From positions 1 to 59,154 of the forward strand of contig JAZNNH010000002.1 in NCBI GenBank assembly GCA_045580105.1: a stretch of 59,154 bases of DNA, in the 5' to 3' direction. The DNA comes from Eubacteriales bacterium. GTDB taxonomy: Bacteria > Bacillota > Clostridia > Oscillospirales > SIG627. Position numbers and translations under genes: made by a program. The first letter of the stretch is position 1, and each line of letters opens with the position of its first letter. The notes beneath the pieces are model-generated. The model searched no databases. It saw only the letters and a list, made by a program, of their open reading frames with translations, and was not told the DNA's origin. Shown piece by piece: positions 10,010-19,176 of this stretch.

Positions 10010-10752
10010 ATCGCGTCATTTTGACCTTGTGCTACGACGGCTCGGATTTTCACGGCTGGCAAATTCAAAATAATGCCGTTACGGTGCAGGGAGAATTAAA
10101 ACAGGCGTTTTTCAAGCTCTTTCAAGCGGACGTTCCGCTTGTCGGTTGCAGTCGAACCGATGCCGGTGTTCACGCCAAGCGCTTTGTTTGTCACGCGGAT
10201 CTTCCGACCTTGTTTCCCTGCGAGCGTTTGCCGCTGGCGCTCAACGCGCTTCTTCCGACAAGCATCGCCGTCTTATCCTGCATCCCCGCACCGGATGGGT
10301 TCCACGCCCGTTTTTCCTGTTTGGGGAAAACCTACCGTTATCGCATCCATAACGCACGCCTGCGCGATCCGTTTCAAGAAAAGAGAGCGTATTTCTTTCC
10401 CAGTCCTTTGAACGCGCAAAGGATGCACGAAGCGGCGCAGAGCTTTGTCGGAGAGCATGATTTTTCTGCTTTTATGGCAAGCGGCTGCGAGGTGAAGGAT
10501 ACCGTTCGCACCATTTCCTCGTGCTGCGTGACTCAAAGCGAAGAGAATATCGATTTTGTGGTTACCGGAAACGGCTTCCTTTATAATATGGTGCGCATTA
10601 TGGTCGGAACGCTCATTTCCCGGGAAATGGGAAAATTAGAACTTGAGATCCCCGAGATTATGGCATCGGGCGATCGAACCCTTGCGGGCATCACGGTGCC
10701 GCCGCAGGGCTTATATTTAGAAAACGTTTTTTATGACGGCTTTGCTGTTTAA
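10006..10752 (+). CDS. truA: tRNA pseudouridine(38-40) synthase TruA
   Basis: YDGSDFHGWQIQ...GCSRTDAGVHA carries the catalytic Asp motif. The ecfAAT-truA order is the canonical Firmicute synteny. Confidence 0.92.
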   Translation: MNRVILTLCYDGSDFHGWQIQNNAVTVQGELKQAFFKLFQADVPLVGCSRTDAGVHAKRFVCHADLPTLFPCERLPLALNALLPTSIAVLSCIPAPDGFHARFSCLGKTYRYRIHNARLRDPFQEKRAYFFPSPLNAQRMHEAAQSFVGEHDFSAFMASGCEVKDTVRTISSCCVTQSEENIDFVVTGNGFLYNMVRIMVGTLISREMGKLELEIPEIMASGDRTLAGITVPPQGLYLENVFYDGFAV

Positions 10753-10790
10753 AGTGTAATTTTCGGATCAAGAATAGATAGGAGATCAGA

Positions 10791-11972
10791 ATGAACCAAA
10801 TGGAAAAGGGTTCGGATACCCGTTCTGAAAAACAGGTCAAAAAGTTTAAACTCTATAAATTGATTTCCATTACCGTTTTGGTACTGTTTTTGCTTTGCGG
10901 TTTGATTCTGTTCAAAAACGACATTACCATTGAAAATCTGCGTTATATGATCAAATATCTGGACTTTTCCACCTCCGGTGCATTTGACGAAGAATTTCAA
11001 GTTCACTATAACGCAAATCCCGACAATCGCTTTTACGTTTTTCGAGGGGACCTTGCCATTGTGAATGAATCGGGGGTTACGCTCTATGACCGTCGCGGCA
11101 GCGCGGTGATGACGGATTCGTTCAGTATGACCTCTCCCGTTGGCGTGTGTGCAGAACGCTATCTTGCCATCTATGACCTCGGCGGTTATCAAGTGAGAAT
11201 TTACAATTCGTTCTCCCTACTGTTCGAAAAAAGCTTTGATTATATGGTGCAATCGGTTTCGGTTAACAAAGACGGTTCGTTTTGCGTTGTGACTTCGGAA
11301 AAGTCTTACCATTCCGCCGTTTTTGTCTACGACCGTGATTTTAGACAGGTTCAGCAATGGTTTTCTGCCGATAAATTTGCCGTTGACGCCCATCTTTCCG
11401 ACGACAATGTTTTGACCGTTTCGACCATCCGTGCACAGGACGGCGATTTGTATGGAGAACTCATCGCGTTCAAAATCGGCAAAAAAGATCCGCTTTATAC
11501 CTATCCCTATCGCGAAAATATGCCGCTTGCCCTCACATCGAAACGAAACCGCGCCGCTCTTATGACCGACGAGAGGATGTATCTTATCAAAGAGGGCGAA
11601 GAAAAAGCCAAGGTGATCTTTCCTAAGGAAAGCTTGGCGCAGATTCGAATGGGGGAAGAACTTCTTTGCGTGGTTCAGAACGAGCTTTCCATCGGCGTAA
11701 ATTTCCGTCTTCGCGTTTTTGATTGGGACGGCACAGAGCTTGCTTCGGAAAAGTTTTCCGTTCAGATTTTGGACGTGCAGATTTGGGAAGATACGGTATA
11801 TGTTCTGACTCACACAGGGCTTTTTGTGATTTCTCCCGGAGAAAAAACAAAAGTATATGAACTGGAAGGAGATTTTTTCCACTTAGGAATCCTTTCCAAG
11901 GACACCGTTGTTCTTTGCTCGGAAACCTCTGCTCAAATTCGATTACTTAATGAAAAAGGAGAAATCAAATGA
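10791..11972 (+). CDS. Membrane-anchored hypothetical protein, repeat/beta-propeller-like ectodomain (possibly DUF5711 family)
   Basis: A single N-terminal TM (LISITVLVLFLLCGLILF) is followed by about 340 aa of beta-rich sequence. SD AGGAG upstream. Its stop overlaps the cvpA start (ATGA). Confidence 0.55.
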   Translation: MNQMEKGSDTRSEKQVKKFKLYKLISITVLVLFLLCGLILFKNDITIENLRYMIKYLDFSTSGAFDEEFQVHYNANPDNRFYVFRGDLAIVNESGVTLYDRRGSAVMTDSFSMTSPVGVCAERYLAIYDLGGYQVRIYNSFSLLFEKSFDYMVQSVSVNKDGSFCVVTSEKSYHSAVFVYDRDFRQVQQWFSADKFAVDAHLSDDNVLTVSTIRAQDGDLYGELIAFKIGKKDPLYTYPYRENMPLALTSKRNRAALMTDERMYLIKEGEEKAKVIFPKESLAQIRMGEELLCVVQNELSIGVNFRLRVFDWDGTELASEKFSVQILDVQIWEDTVYVLTHTGLFVISPGEKTKVYELEGDFFHLGILSKDTVVLCSETSAQIRLLNEKGEIK

Positions 11973-12670
11973 ATATCTTTTGCGACCTTTTGATCCTTGC
12001 CTTTTTTCTTCTTTGTGTTTTTCTCGGTTATAAAAGGGGCTTTATCAAAACCTTCTTCGGCTTTTTCGGTAAGGTGATTGCCTTTGTGCTGACTGCGATC
12101 ACGGCAAAGCCGCTTGCCGGATACGTAAGTGGTCACATTTTCTATCCCTTTCTCAAAGAAAAGTTTCTTGCCGATCTGACCGAAAAGACGGGACAGACGG
12201 TCGCCTCGCTTGATTTTTCCGATTTACCTGAGATTTGTCAGGAGATTTTGGCGCGCTTCGGAACCGATACCGCATCCCTTTCCGAGCATCTTGCAAAGAT
12301 CACGGTTGAGGGCGGCGAAAGCGTTGCGGAAACAGCATCTCTTTGGGTGGTCAAGCCCTTTGCGGACTCCCTTTCCTATTCGGTTTCTTTTTTGGCATTG
12401 TTTTTGCTGTTTTCGATTGCGATTCGTATACTAACCAAGGTTTTGAACTTGGTTTCCAAAGTTCCCGGTTTGAATTTTTCCAATCGCCTTTTGGGCATTG
12501 CGGCAGGTGTTTTGGAAGGTCTGTTGCTATCGGTTTTGATTTCGTTTGTTCTTTCTTTGGCAGAGCCCGCCATTCAAGGAAATGAAAATGAATGGATCCG
12601 CAGTTTTTCTTTGGAACAAACCCATCTTGTGAAATTGTTTGCAAAGTTTAATGTTCTTGGTATTTTGTGA
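11969..12670 (+). CDS. cvpA: CvpA family membrane protein
   Basis: N-terminus DLLILAFFLLCVFLGYKRGFIKTFFGFFGKVIAFVL is typical of CvpA. About 4 TM segments. Confidence 0.8.
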   Translation: MNIFCDLLILAFFLLCVFLGYKRGFIKTFFGFFGKVIAFVLTAITAKPLAGYVSGHIFYPFLKEKFLADLTEKTGQTVASLDFSDLPEICQEILARFGTDTASLSEHLAKITVEGGESVAETASLWVVKPFADSLSYSVSFLALFLLFSIAIRILTKVLNLVSKVPGLNFSNRLLGIAAGVLEGLLLSVLISFVLSLAEPAIQGNENEWIRSFSLEQTHLVKLFAKFNVLGIL

Positions 12671-12681
12671 AAGGAACGCAC

Positions 12682-13290
12682 ATGAAAACGCTTCGTTTTA
12701 GAACCAGCCATATTCCCAATTATATCTCTCTGTTTCGCATCGTTTTGGTGCCGATTTACGGCTTTCTCTTTTTCGGCGCATTCAAAACGCCCGAGGGGGT
12801 AGACAATCTCTCAGCCGCCGGCTTTGTCTTTATTCTCGCAGGCATCAGCGACGCGATTGACGGGTATCTTGCCAGAAAAAACAATTGGATCACCGACGTC
12901 GGTAAACTGTTAGACCCGCTTGCCGACAAGCTCTTGGAAGTGGTGGTAACGGTTTGCCTTGCCATCCGATTCGGCGGACCGTTTCAGATTCTTTCCACCA
13001 TTATCATCACAAAGGAAATCGTGATGATCGTCGGTGCGTATCTGATTATGTCCAAAAGTCACGTGTACGTTTCTTCGGTTTGGTGCGGAAAGCTGGCAAC
13101 CATTGTGTGGTACGTTTTGATTTGCGTGGTTCATTTTTTCCAAGACGTAGCGCGGATTGACGCTCTTTGCAACGGGCTTTGCATCATCTTGATTTTAGTT
13201 ATGATTATGGCATTCGTGATGTACGTGTTCAATTATGCCTCTCAGATTCAGAGCACAAAAGATGCCATTATAAAGGAAAAGAAGAAATAA
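12682..13290 (+). CDS. pgsA: CDP-diacylglycerol--glycerol-3-phosphate 3-phosphatidyltransferase (CDP-alcohol phosphatidyltransferase family)
   Basis: DAIDGYLARKNNWITDVGKLLDPLADKL matches the D-G-x2-A-R-x8-G-x3-D-x3-D motif. ATG 12682 has SD AAAGGAA. An in-frame GTG at 12667 that overlaps the cvpA stop is an alternative start. Confidence 0.85.
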   Translation: MKTLRFRTSHIPNYISLFRIVLVPIYGFLFFGAFKTPEGVDNLSAAGFVFILAGISDAIDGYLARKNNWITDVGKLLDPLADKLLEVVVTVCLAIRFGGPFQILSTIIITKEIVMIVGAYLIMSKSHVYVSSVWCGKLATIVWYVLICVVHFFQDVARIDALCNGLCIILILVMIMAFVMYVFNYASQIQSTKDAIIKEKKK

Positions 13291-13319
13291 TCTGTAACGT
13301 AAGAAAGTCGGGTTAAACC

Positions 13320-15596
13320 ATGAAGTTATGTTCTCGCTGTAAACAGCGTCCTGCTGTGATATACATTAATAAGATCCAAGATAACAAGGTCACCTCAGAG
13401 GGACTTTGTATCCGCTGTGCCAAGGAAATGAAGATTATGCCCCTTGCCGAGCAAATGGAAAAAATGGGCATTCGGGATGAAGACGTTGAACTTTTGGAAC
13501 AGCAAATGGGTCAAATGATGGAAGGGTTGGCAGATTCGGATGCCACCGGCGCACCTGCCATGGACCTTTCCTCTCTGTTCGGTTCGGTGTTGCCACCGGT
13601 TCCTTTAGAAAAAGAAGAACAAAAAGAAGAGAAAAAAGAAAAAGGCGATAAGAAGAGCAAAAAGTACGGGAAAATGCTGGATGGATATTGCCTGAATTTA
13701 ACCGCCAAAGCTTCTCGCGGAGAGCTGGATCGCGTCATCGGCAGAGAAATGGAAATGGACCGCGTGGTTCAGATTCTTTGCCGCCGTCAGAAAAACAACC
13801 CTTGCCTCATCGGTGAGCCGGGCGTTGGCAAAACCGCCATTGCCGAGCTTTTGGCGCAATCCATTGTCGATCGAAAAGTTCCCGTGCGCTTGATGGACAA
13901 GGAAGTCTTTCTCTTGGATTTGACGGCTCTTGTTGCAGGAACGCATTTTCGCGGCCAATTTGAAAGCCGCGTCAAGGCGCTTGTGGAAGAAGTCAAAAAG
14001 CAGGGCAACATCATTCTTGTAATCGATGAGATTCACACCATCGTCGGGGCAGGGGATTCGGAAGGCGGTATGAGCTGCGCCAATATTTTAAAGCCGGCAC
14101 TCTCGCGCGGCGAAATCCAGATCATCGGTGCGACCACCCTTGCCGAATACCGCAAATACATTGAAAAAGATCAGGCACTGGAGCGCCGCTTCCAACCGGT
14201 TATGGTAGAAGAGCCGAGTGTTCAGAAAACCATTCAGATTTTAAAAGGCGTCAAGAATCATTACGAAACCTTCCACGGCTTGCGCGTTCCTGAGTCGATT
14301 TTGCGCACAACCGTGGTTCTTTCCGAACGCTATATTACCGACCGCTTCTTGCCCGACAAAGCAATCGATATTTTGGATGAAGCTTGCGCGAAAAAGGCCA
14401 TTTCCAGCGACGTAATCAACCGAATTGACGCACTGGCAAAGGAACTGAATCAAATGCGCGAGGAGCGCGAATTTTTGGAGGCCGAAAGCAACCCCGATGA
14501 TTCCACCTATGCCCGTCTTGCGGAAATCAAGGTGATGCTGCTTCGCAAGCAGGAAGAGTTTGATGCTCTTTCCCGTCAGCGCGACGGAATTTTTCTCGAT
14601 ATTGAGGATATTGCCAAGGTCATCGAATCTTGGACGGGTATTCCTGCCGCCAGCATCTCGGAAAACGAATTTGACAAAATTGCAGGGCTGAAAGAATCCC
14701 TTTCGCGCCATATTATCGGGCAGGATCAGGCGGTCAATGCCGTTTGCCGCGCCATCAAGCGAAACCGCGCAGGAATCAGCGTCAAGCCCAAGCCCGCCAG
14801 CTTCATTTTTGCCGGACCTACGGGTGTGGGCAAAACGGAACTTGTAAAGCTGCTTGCCTCGCATTTATTCGATTCTCCCGAATCCTTGATTCGCTTGGAT
14901 ATGTCAGAGTTTATGGAAAAACACGCGGTATCGCGCATCATCGGCTCTCCTCCCGGCTACGTCGGATACGACGATGCCGGACAGTTAACGGAAAAGATCC
15001 GACGCAAACCCTATTCCGTGATCTTATTTGACGAGATCGAAAAAGCGCATCCGGACGTTTTGAACATCCTGTTGCAGGTGCTTGACGACGGAAAGATTTG
15101 CGATGCCCACGGAAAAGAAATCAATTTTGAAAATACCGTGATTGTGATGACCACCAATGCCGGAAGTCAGGTTCGCTCCGGCGTTACGGGCTTTGGACAC
15201 AGTCTTGACGAGGCGCAGGATTCTCGCACGGAGAGAGGACTTGAGGCCTTTTTGCGTCCGGAATTTTTAAATCGTGTGGACGAGATCATCACTTTCCGCA
15301 AGCTCTCTCGCGAAGATTTTCTCAAAATTGCCGAATTGCGCCTTGCTGAATTGAAGGCGGCAATGGAAGAAAAGGGACTTGTTCTGACGTATGACCAAGC
15401 GGTTCTGGAAACGGTTGCGAAAGAAAGCTTCAGCGAAAAATACGGAGCCCGTCATATGGCACGCTTTTTGCAAACTCACGTGGAAGATCCCATTGCAGAC
15501 AGGATCGTTTCCGATCGTGACAGAACCATCCGCGCGGTTCGTCTTTTCGTGTCGGATGGAGTCATCAAAACAGAACTTAATAAAGAGGAAGTATGA
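13320..15596 (+). CDS. ClpC-like double-AAA+ Clp ATPase with an N-terminal ClpX-type C4 zinc ribbon replacing the Clp_N domain
   Basis: CxxC-x22-CxxC at aa 4-33. Lys/Glu-rich linker. D1 has GEPGVGKT and ILVIDEIH; D2 has GPTGVGKT and [11 protein letters not shown]. Short middle domain. A GVTGFG loop sits at the position of the ClpP-docking tripeptide. Confidence 0.85.
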   Translation: MKLCSRCKQRPAVIYINKIQDNKVTSEGLCIRCAKEMKIMPLAEQMEKMGIRDEDVELLEQQMGQMMEGLADSDATGAPAMDLSSLFGSVLPPVPLEKEEQKEEKKEKGDKKSKKYGKMLDGYCLNLTAKASRGELDRVIGREMEMDRVVQILCRRQKNNPCLIGEPGVGKTAIAELLAQSIVDRKVPVRLMDKEVFLLDLTALVAGTHFRGQFESRVKALVEEVKKQGNIILVIDEIHTIVGAGDSEGGMSCANILKPALSRGEIQIIGATTLAEYRKYIEKDQALERRFQPVMVEEPSVQKTIQILKGVKNHYETFHGLRVPESILRTTVVLSERYITDRFLPDKAIDILDEACAKKAISSDVINRIDALAKELNQMREEREFLEAESNPDDSTYARLAEIKVMLLRKQEEFDALSRQRDGIFLDIEDIAKVIESWTGIPAASISENEFDKIAGLKESLSRHIIGQDQAVNAVCRAIKRNRAGISVKPKPASFIFAGPTGVGKTELVKLLASHLFDSPESLIRLDMSEFMEKHAVSRIIGSPPGYVGYDDAGQLTEKIRRKPYSVILFDEIEKAHPDVLNILLQVLDDGKICDAHGKEINFENTVIVMTTNAGSQVRSGVTGFGHSLDEAQDSRTERGLEAFLRPEFLNRVDEIITFRKLSREDFLKIAELRLAELKAAMEEKGLVLTYDQAVLETVAKESFSEKYGARHMARFLQTHVEDPIADRIVSDRDRTIRAVRLFVSDGVIKTELNKEEV

Positions 15597-18235
15597 ATTT
15601 ACTGGAAGTCAGCTTGGATAAACTGCGCTCCATTTTAGGGACTGATTTGGAGCGCGGGCTTACCGCAGAACAGGTGCTACGCAATCGTCGGGAATTCGGC
15701 GAAAACGTTCTCTTTGAAAAAAAGAATACGCTCTTGGATCTGGTTAAGAAGATTTTTGGGGATATGATGATGATCCTCTTTCTTTTGGTGTGCTTTTTTG
15801 ACTTTTTGGGAACCGGTGACTACGCCTCTCTTTTTGCTATGATTGCGGTTGCAATCCTGTATTCCGTGTTTGTTTTGGGGACGCATTTTTACTGCCGCAG
15901 GGTGCAAAAAAAGATCGAAAAATTTTCCAAATGCAAATATCACGTTCGCCGTTCGGGATGCGTGCGTTCGGTTGCCAAAAGCGAATTGGTTCCGGGCGAT
16001 CTTTTGCTTCTTGAAAAAGGCGACGTTATGCCTTGTGACGGCATTATCCTCAAATGCAGCGGGCTGAAAATTTTGGAAGCCAGCGTGACCGGCAGACGTG
16101 TTCCCGTTTTTAAGCGAAGCCATCAGGAAGTCGAAGAGGAAGAAAGCGACTATCCGTATTTTGAGTGCATCCTCTTTGCCGGAAGCGTCATTCTTCACGG
16201 CAGTGCCAAGGTGTTCGTTTGTAACACCGGACTTGATATTTTCGACAATGAAAATTTCACCATTATCCGTCAGAACAGCACCGTTCCCCGCATTTATCAG
16301 ACTGCGATGGAATTGAAAAAGCAGATCTTCTTGGTTTGGGTGATTGCTTGCTTTTTCCTCTTTGCTTGGGGGGTATTTCGCGGTCAGGATATTTTTGATG
16401 CTTTTTATTACGTTGCCGCGATGGTGATTGCCGCGTTTCCGGATTCCATCGAGCATTTGTGCGATCTTGCCATCGCATATATGGCAAAATGTCTCTTTGA
16501 TGAGGGTGTGATTTTGCGCAATGCCGGTTCGGTTGACCGTCTTTGCGATGCCAACTGCGTTTTTGTCAATTCCAGCGATTATCTCTTTTATGCCCAGCCG
16601 ATCCCGTTTTCCTTTTATTTGGGGGATCAGTATTATGAATTCAAAGAATCCCCGAACCTTGCCGCACCGCTTCTGGAAAATCTGATTTTGGCGCAAAACA
16701 GCAATACCTACTTTGCCGGCAAAAGGGAAGAGCGCCAGGCAGAAAAAGCCATCCTCTCCGCCGCTGCCCGCATCGGCATTCAGAAAACAAGATTGGAGCA
16801 TTCTCATCTTTACGTCAATCGCTATGATTTTGACCCGAAATACGGTTTTTCTTGTGCGCTGACCCTGTTCGAGGGCAAATATCGTCTGATCATTCGCGGC
16901 AATCCCAACTCGGTTCTTGCCGCTTGCACCGAATATTGGAAAGACGGCGAAAGCATTCCGATGAACGAAGCACAGCGTGCATCGTTCCGCGCCAATGCCA
17001 GACATTTGGCAGGGTGCAGTGAAAGAATGTACGCGGTTGCGACGCTCGGCCTTTCTTCTCCCTCCACCGGTGACCAACGCGCCTTGTGTCGAGGAATGAC
17101 CTATCTTGGCATCTTCGGTCTTTCTACCCCCATCAGCGCCGCCGCGGCAAACGCTGTGAGCATTTGTCAAAAATCCGGCGTTCAAACCTATCTTCTAACC
17201 GACGACTATCCGGAAACGGTTGCCGCGCTTTCGAAAAGTGTGTCGATCATCGGTCCTGACGATTATCAATACGCACTCTCTTATCAAACTTACGAGAGAA
17301 TGGATCGCGGTGTTTTTGTTGCCGATATCGAAAAATATAAGGCGTATTGCTCGTTCCCTGTTGAGGAAAAGCAAAGCATCGTGAAATATCACAAGGACAA
17401 CGGAGATATCACAGTTTCTCTTACCGGCGGTCTTTACGATACCCTCCCGCAGATGGAATCGGATATTTCCATTGTCAGTGCGGAGGAAAAACAAAACGCG
17501 GTGCGCTTGAATGCCGATCTTTTGGTCACGCAAAAGAAGTATGAAATCATCCCGATGTGCATCAACTGGGCGAGAATTTTTTATCGCAATATCGTACATA
17601 TTATGCAATATGTGCTTTTGGTTCAGGTTGCCTTGGGACTGTGCGTCTTTATGTGCTTGACCGCTCACGGTCAAACCCCGTTTCATGCGCTGCCGCTGCT
17701 CTTGGCAGGGCTTGGCGCCGTCATTCCGGCGGGGATGAACATTTTCCACCGCAAGCCCGGACCTCATTTGGAGGATAACAAAGGGGTCTTGAAAGACGAT
17801 CGTGTGGCTTCTTTGCAGGTTTTGATTATCATTCCTGCCATCACGGGATTGGCACAGGCGATCGCGATGATGCTTTCGTATCAGATCGCCCTGTTTGCTT
17901 CGGGCGGAGTGGAAACGGCAAGAAACGCCGCTCTTCTCACTTTCATTTTTGCTTCCTATTTTTCCTCCCTTTCGGTAAAATTCGACCACCCTTTGCTGTT
18001 CCGAATCAAGCAATTGGGAAAATCGGAATGGATCACTGCCATCCTTTGCCTTTGCGTGTCCCTCATCATTACGCTCTCACCGGCAAAGCTGCTTTGGCAA
18101 ACCCACGCTTTTGGCTCCGGACTCAGCTTTTGGATTTTGCTGTGGGCGTTTGTAAGCTCCTTGATTCCGGCTTTGATATCCGAGTGGATGAAATTTTTAA
18201 AACGTGATGACTCTGCCCAAGGGCGTGAATCATAA
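15593..18235 (+). CDS. P-type (P2-like) ATPase homolog with all catalytic motifs degenerate (predicted pseudo-enzyme membrane protein)
   Basis: Collinear with cation P-type ATPases (N-terminal LERGLTAEQVLRNRREFGEN, about 10 TM). Motif changes: TGES to TGRR (16088-16099), PEGL to PDSI (16439-16450), DKTGT to NSSDY (16568-16582), TGDGVNDAP to TGGLYDTLP (17423-17449). Its start overlaps the clp stop (ATGA). Confidence 0.8.
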   Translation: MNLLEVSLDKLRSILGTDLERGLTAEQVLRNRREFGENVLFEKKNTLLDLVKKIFGDMMMILFLLVCFFDFLGTGDYASLFAMIAVAILYSVFVLGTHFYCRRVQKKIEKFSKCKYHVRRSGCVRSVAKSELVPGDLLLLEKGDVMPCDGIILKCSGLKILEASVTGRRVPVFKRSHQEVEEEESDYPYFECILFAGSVILHGSAKVFVCNTGLDIFDNENFTIIRQNSTVPRIYQTAMELKKQIFLVWVIACFFLFAWGVFRGQDIFDAFYYVAAMVIAAFPDSIEHLCDLAIAYMAKCLFDEGVILRNAGSVDRLCDANCVFVNSSDYLFYAQPIPFSFYLGDQYYEFKESPNLAAPLLENLILAQNSNTYFAGKREERQAEKAILSAAARIGIQKTRLEHSHLYVNRYDFDPKYGFSCALTLFEGKYRLIIRGNPNSVLAACTEYWKDGESIPMNEAQRASFRANARHLAGCSERMYAVATLGLSSPSTGDQRALCRGMTYLGIFGLSTPISAAAANAVSICQKSGVQTYLLTDDYPETVAALSKSVSIIGPDDYQYALSYQTYERMDRGVFVADIEKYKAYCSFPVEEKQSIVKYHKDNGDITVSLTGGLYDTLPQMESDISIVSAEEKQNAVRLNADLLVTQKKYEIIPMCINWARIFYRNIVHIMQYVLLVQVALGLCVFMCLTAHGQTPFHALPLLLAGLGAVIPAGMNIFHRKPGPHLEDNKGVLKDDRVASLQVLIIIPAITGLAQAIAMMLSYQIALFASGGVETARNAALLTFIFASYFSSLSVKFDHPLLFRIKQLGKSEWITAILCLCVSLIITLSPAKLLWQTHAFGSGLSFWILLWAFVSSLIPALISEWMKFLKRDDSAQGRES

Positions 18236-18263
18236 ATTCAGTTTGTAGAAAGGAGTAATTGTT

Positions 18264-18467
18264 ATGACTTCTGTAACCAAAGAAAGCATCATCGGCGACA
18301 TCCTTGATGCAGATCAGGGAACCGCTCAGTTCTTCTTTGAAATCGGTATGCACTGCTTGGGTTGCCCTGCTTCCCGCGGCGAATCCATCGCACAAGCTTG
18401 TGCCGTTCACGGAACCGATGCGGATGCTCTCGTGGAAAAAATCAATGCATATCTGGCAAGCAAATAA
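18264..18467 (+). CDS. DUF1858 domain protein (hybrid-cluster-protein-associated redox disulfide domain)
   Basis: 67 aa. IGDILDADQGTAQFFFEIGMHCLGCPASRGESIAQACAVHG has the typical CxxC-containing DUF1858 core. SD AGGAG upstream. Confidence 0.75.
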   Translation: MTSVTKESIIGDILDADQGTAQFFFEIGMHCLGCPASRGESIAQACAVHGTDADALVEKINAYLASK

Positions 18468-19176
18468 GTCGGATAGGAGGCACCGCAATGACCTTTCGGC
18501 AAGACTTTCCGCGATTGCGGATTGTCTGCCGACAGGTGGTGTTGTGTGTGACGTAGGAGCCGATCACGGTGCGCTTTCCTTGTATTTACTGCAAACAGGG
18601 CAGTGCAGTCGCGTGATCGTTACGGATTTAAATTCACATCCGCTGGCACGTGCAGAACAAAATCTGACGGCAGCGGGTGTTTCTGACCGCGCGCAGTTTC
18701 TCTTAACGGACGGTATTGTCGAGGTGTTGCCGTATCAGCCGGATGGCTTTGTCATTGCGGGGATGGGTGGTGAAACCATCTTAGGCATTTTAGACCGCGC
18801 CAAAGGGAAGATTGCGCCCGGAACCGTTTTTGTTATGCAGCCCATGACCCGCGAGGTTCCTTTGCGCCGCTATTTGTATGAGAATGGCTTTTGTGTCAAA
18901 GAGGAAGAAGTCGTGTTGGAAAACGGCAAGGTCTTTTTGATTTTCAAAGCTGAGTTTGACGGCATACCTCGCTTGAAAGAGGACGATTTTTTCCGGTTCG
19001 GTGAATATCTTCCGAATCAGGATTCAGCCGCAAATCGAGCGTATTTTGAAACCTGTCTTGTGCAATTGGAGTCGATTATTGCCGGAAAACAGAAGGCGGG
19101 ACAGTCTGTGGAAACGGAACGGAAACAACGGGCTCAGTGTTTGGCTCGATTGGAGGTATCAAATGAAGATTCGTGA
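18445..19176 (+). CDS. trmK: tRNA (adenine(22)-N(1))-methyltransferase TrmK; start codon uncertain (see finding)
   Basis: LSARLSAIADCLPTGGVVCDVGADHGALSLYL...VIVTDLN...IAGMGGETI matches the TrmK/YqfN family, and the Nif3 gene follows as in Bacillus. The first in-frame ATG near the domain is 18445. The best SD+ATG (18488) is in another frame. Confidence 0.7.
   Translation: MHIWQANKSDRRHRNDLSARLSAIADCLPTGGVVCDVGADHGALSLYLLQTGQCSRVIVTDLNSHPLARAEQNLTAAGVSDRAQFLLTDGIVEVLPYQPDGFVIAGMGGETILGILDRAKGKIAPGTVFVMQPMTREVPLRRYLYENGFCVKEEEVVLENGKVFLIFKAEFDGIPRLKEDDFFRFGEYLPNQDSAANRAYFETCLVQLESIIAGKQKAGQSVETERKQRAQCLARLEVSNEDS

Noticed and set aside
15677-17185. 502-aa open reading frame antisense to the degenerate P-type ATPase gene
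   Set aside because: It is a shadow ORF. It lies entirely inside, and antisense to, a CDS with clear family similarity. The translation is low-complexity (rich in F, K, N, R, G) with no recognisable motifs, and it has no SD. Long antisense ORFs are expected for this codon usage.
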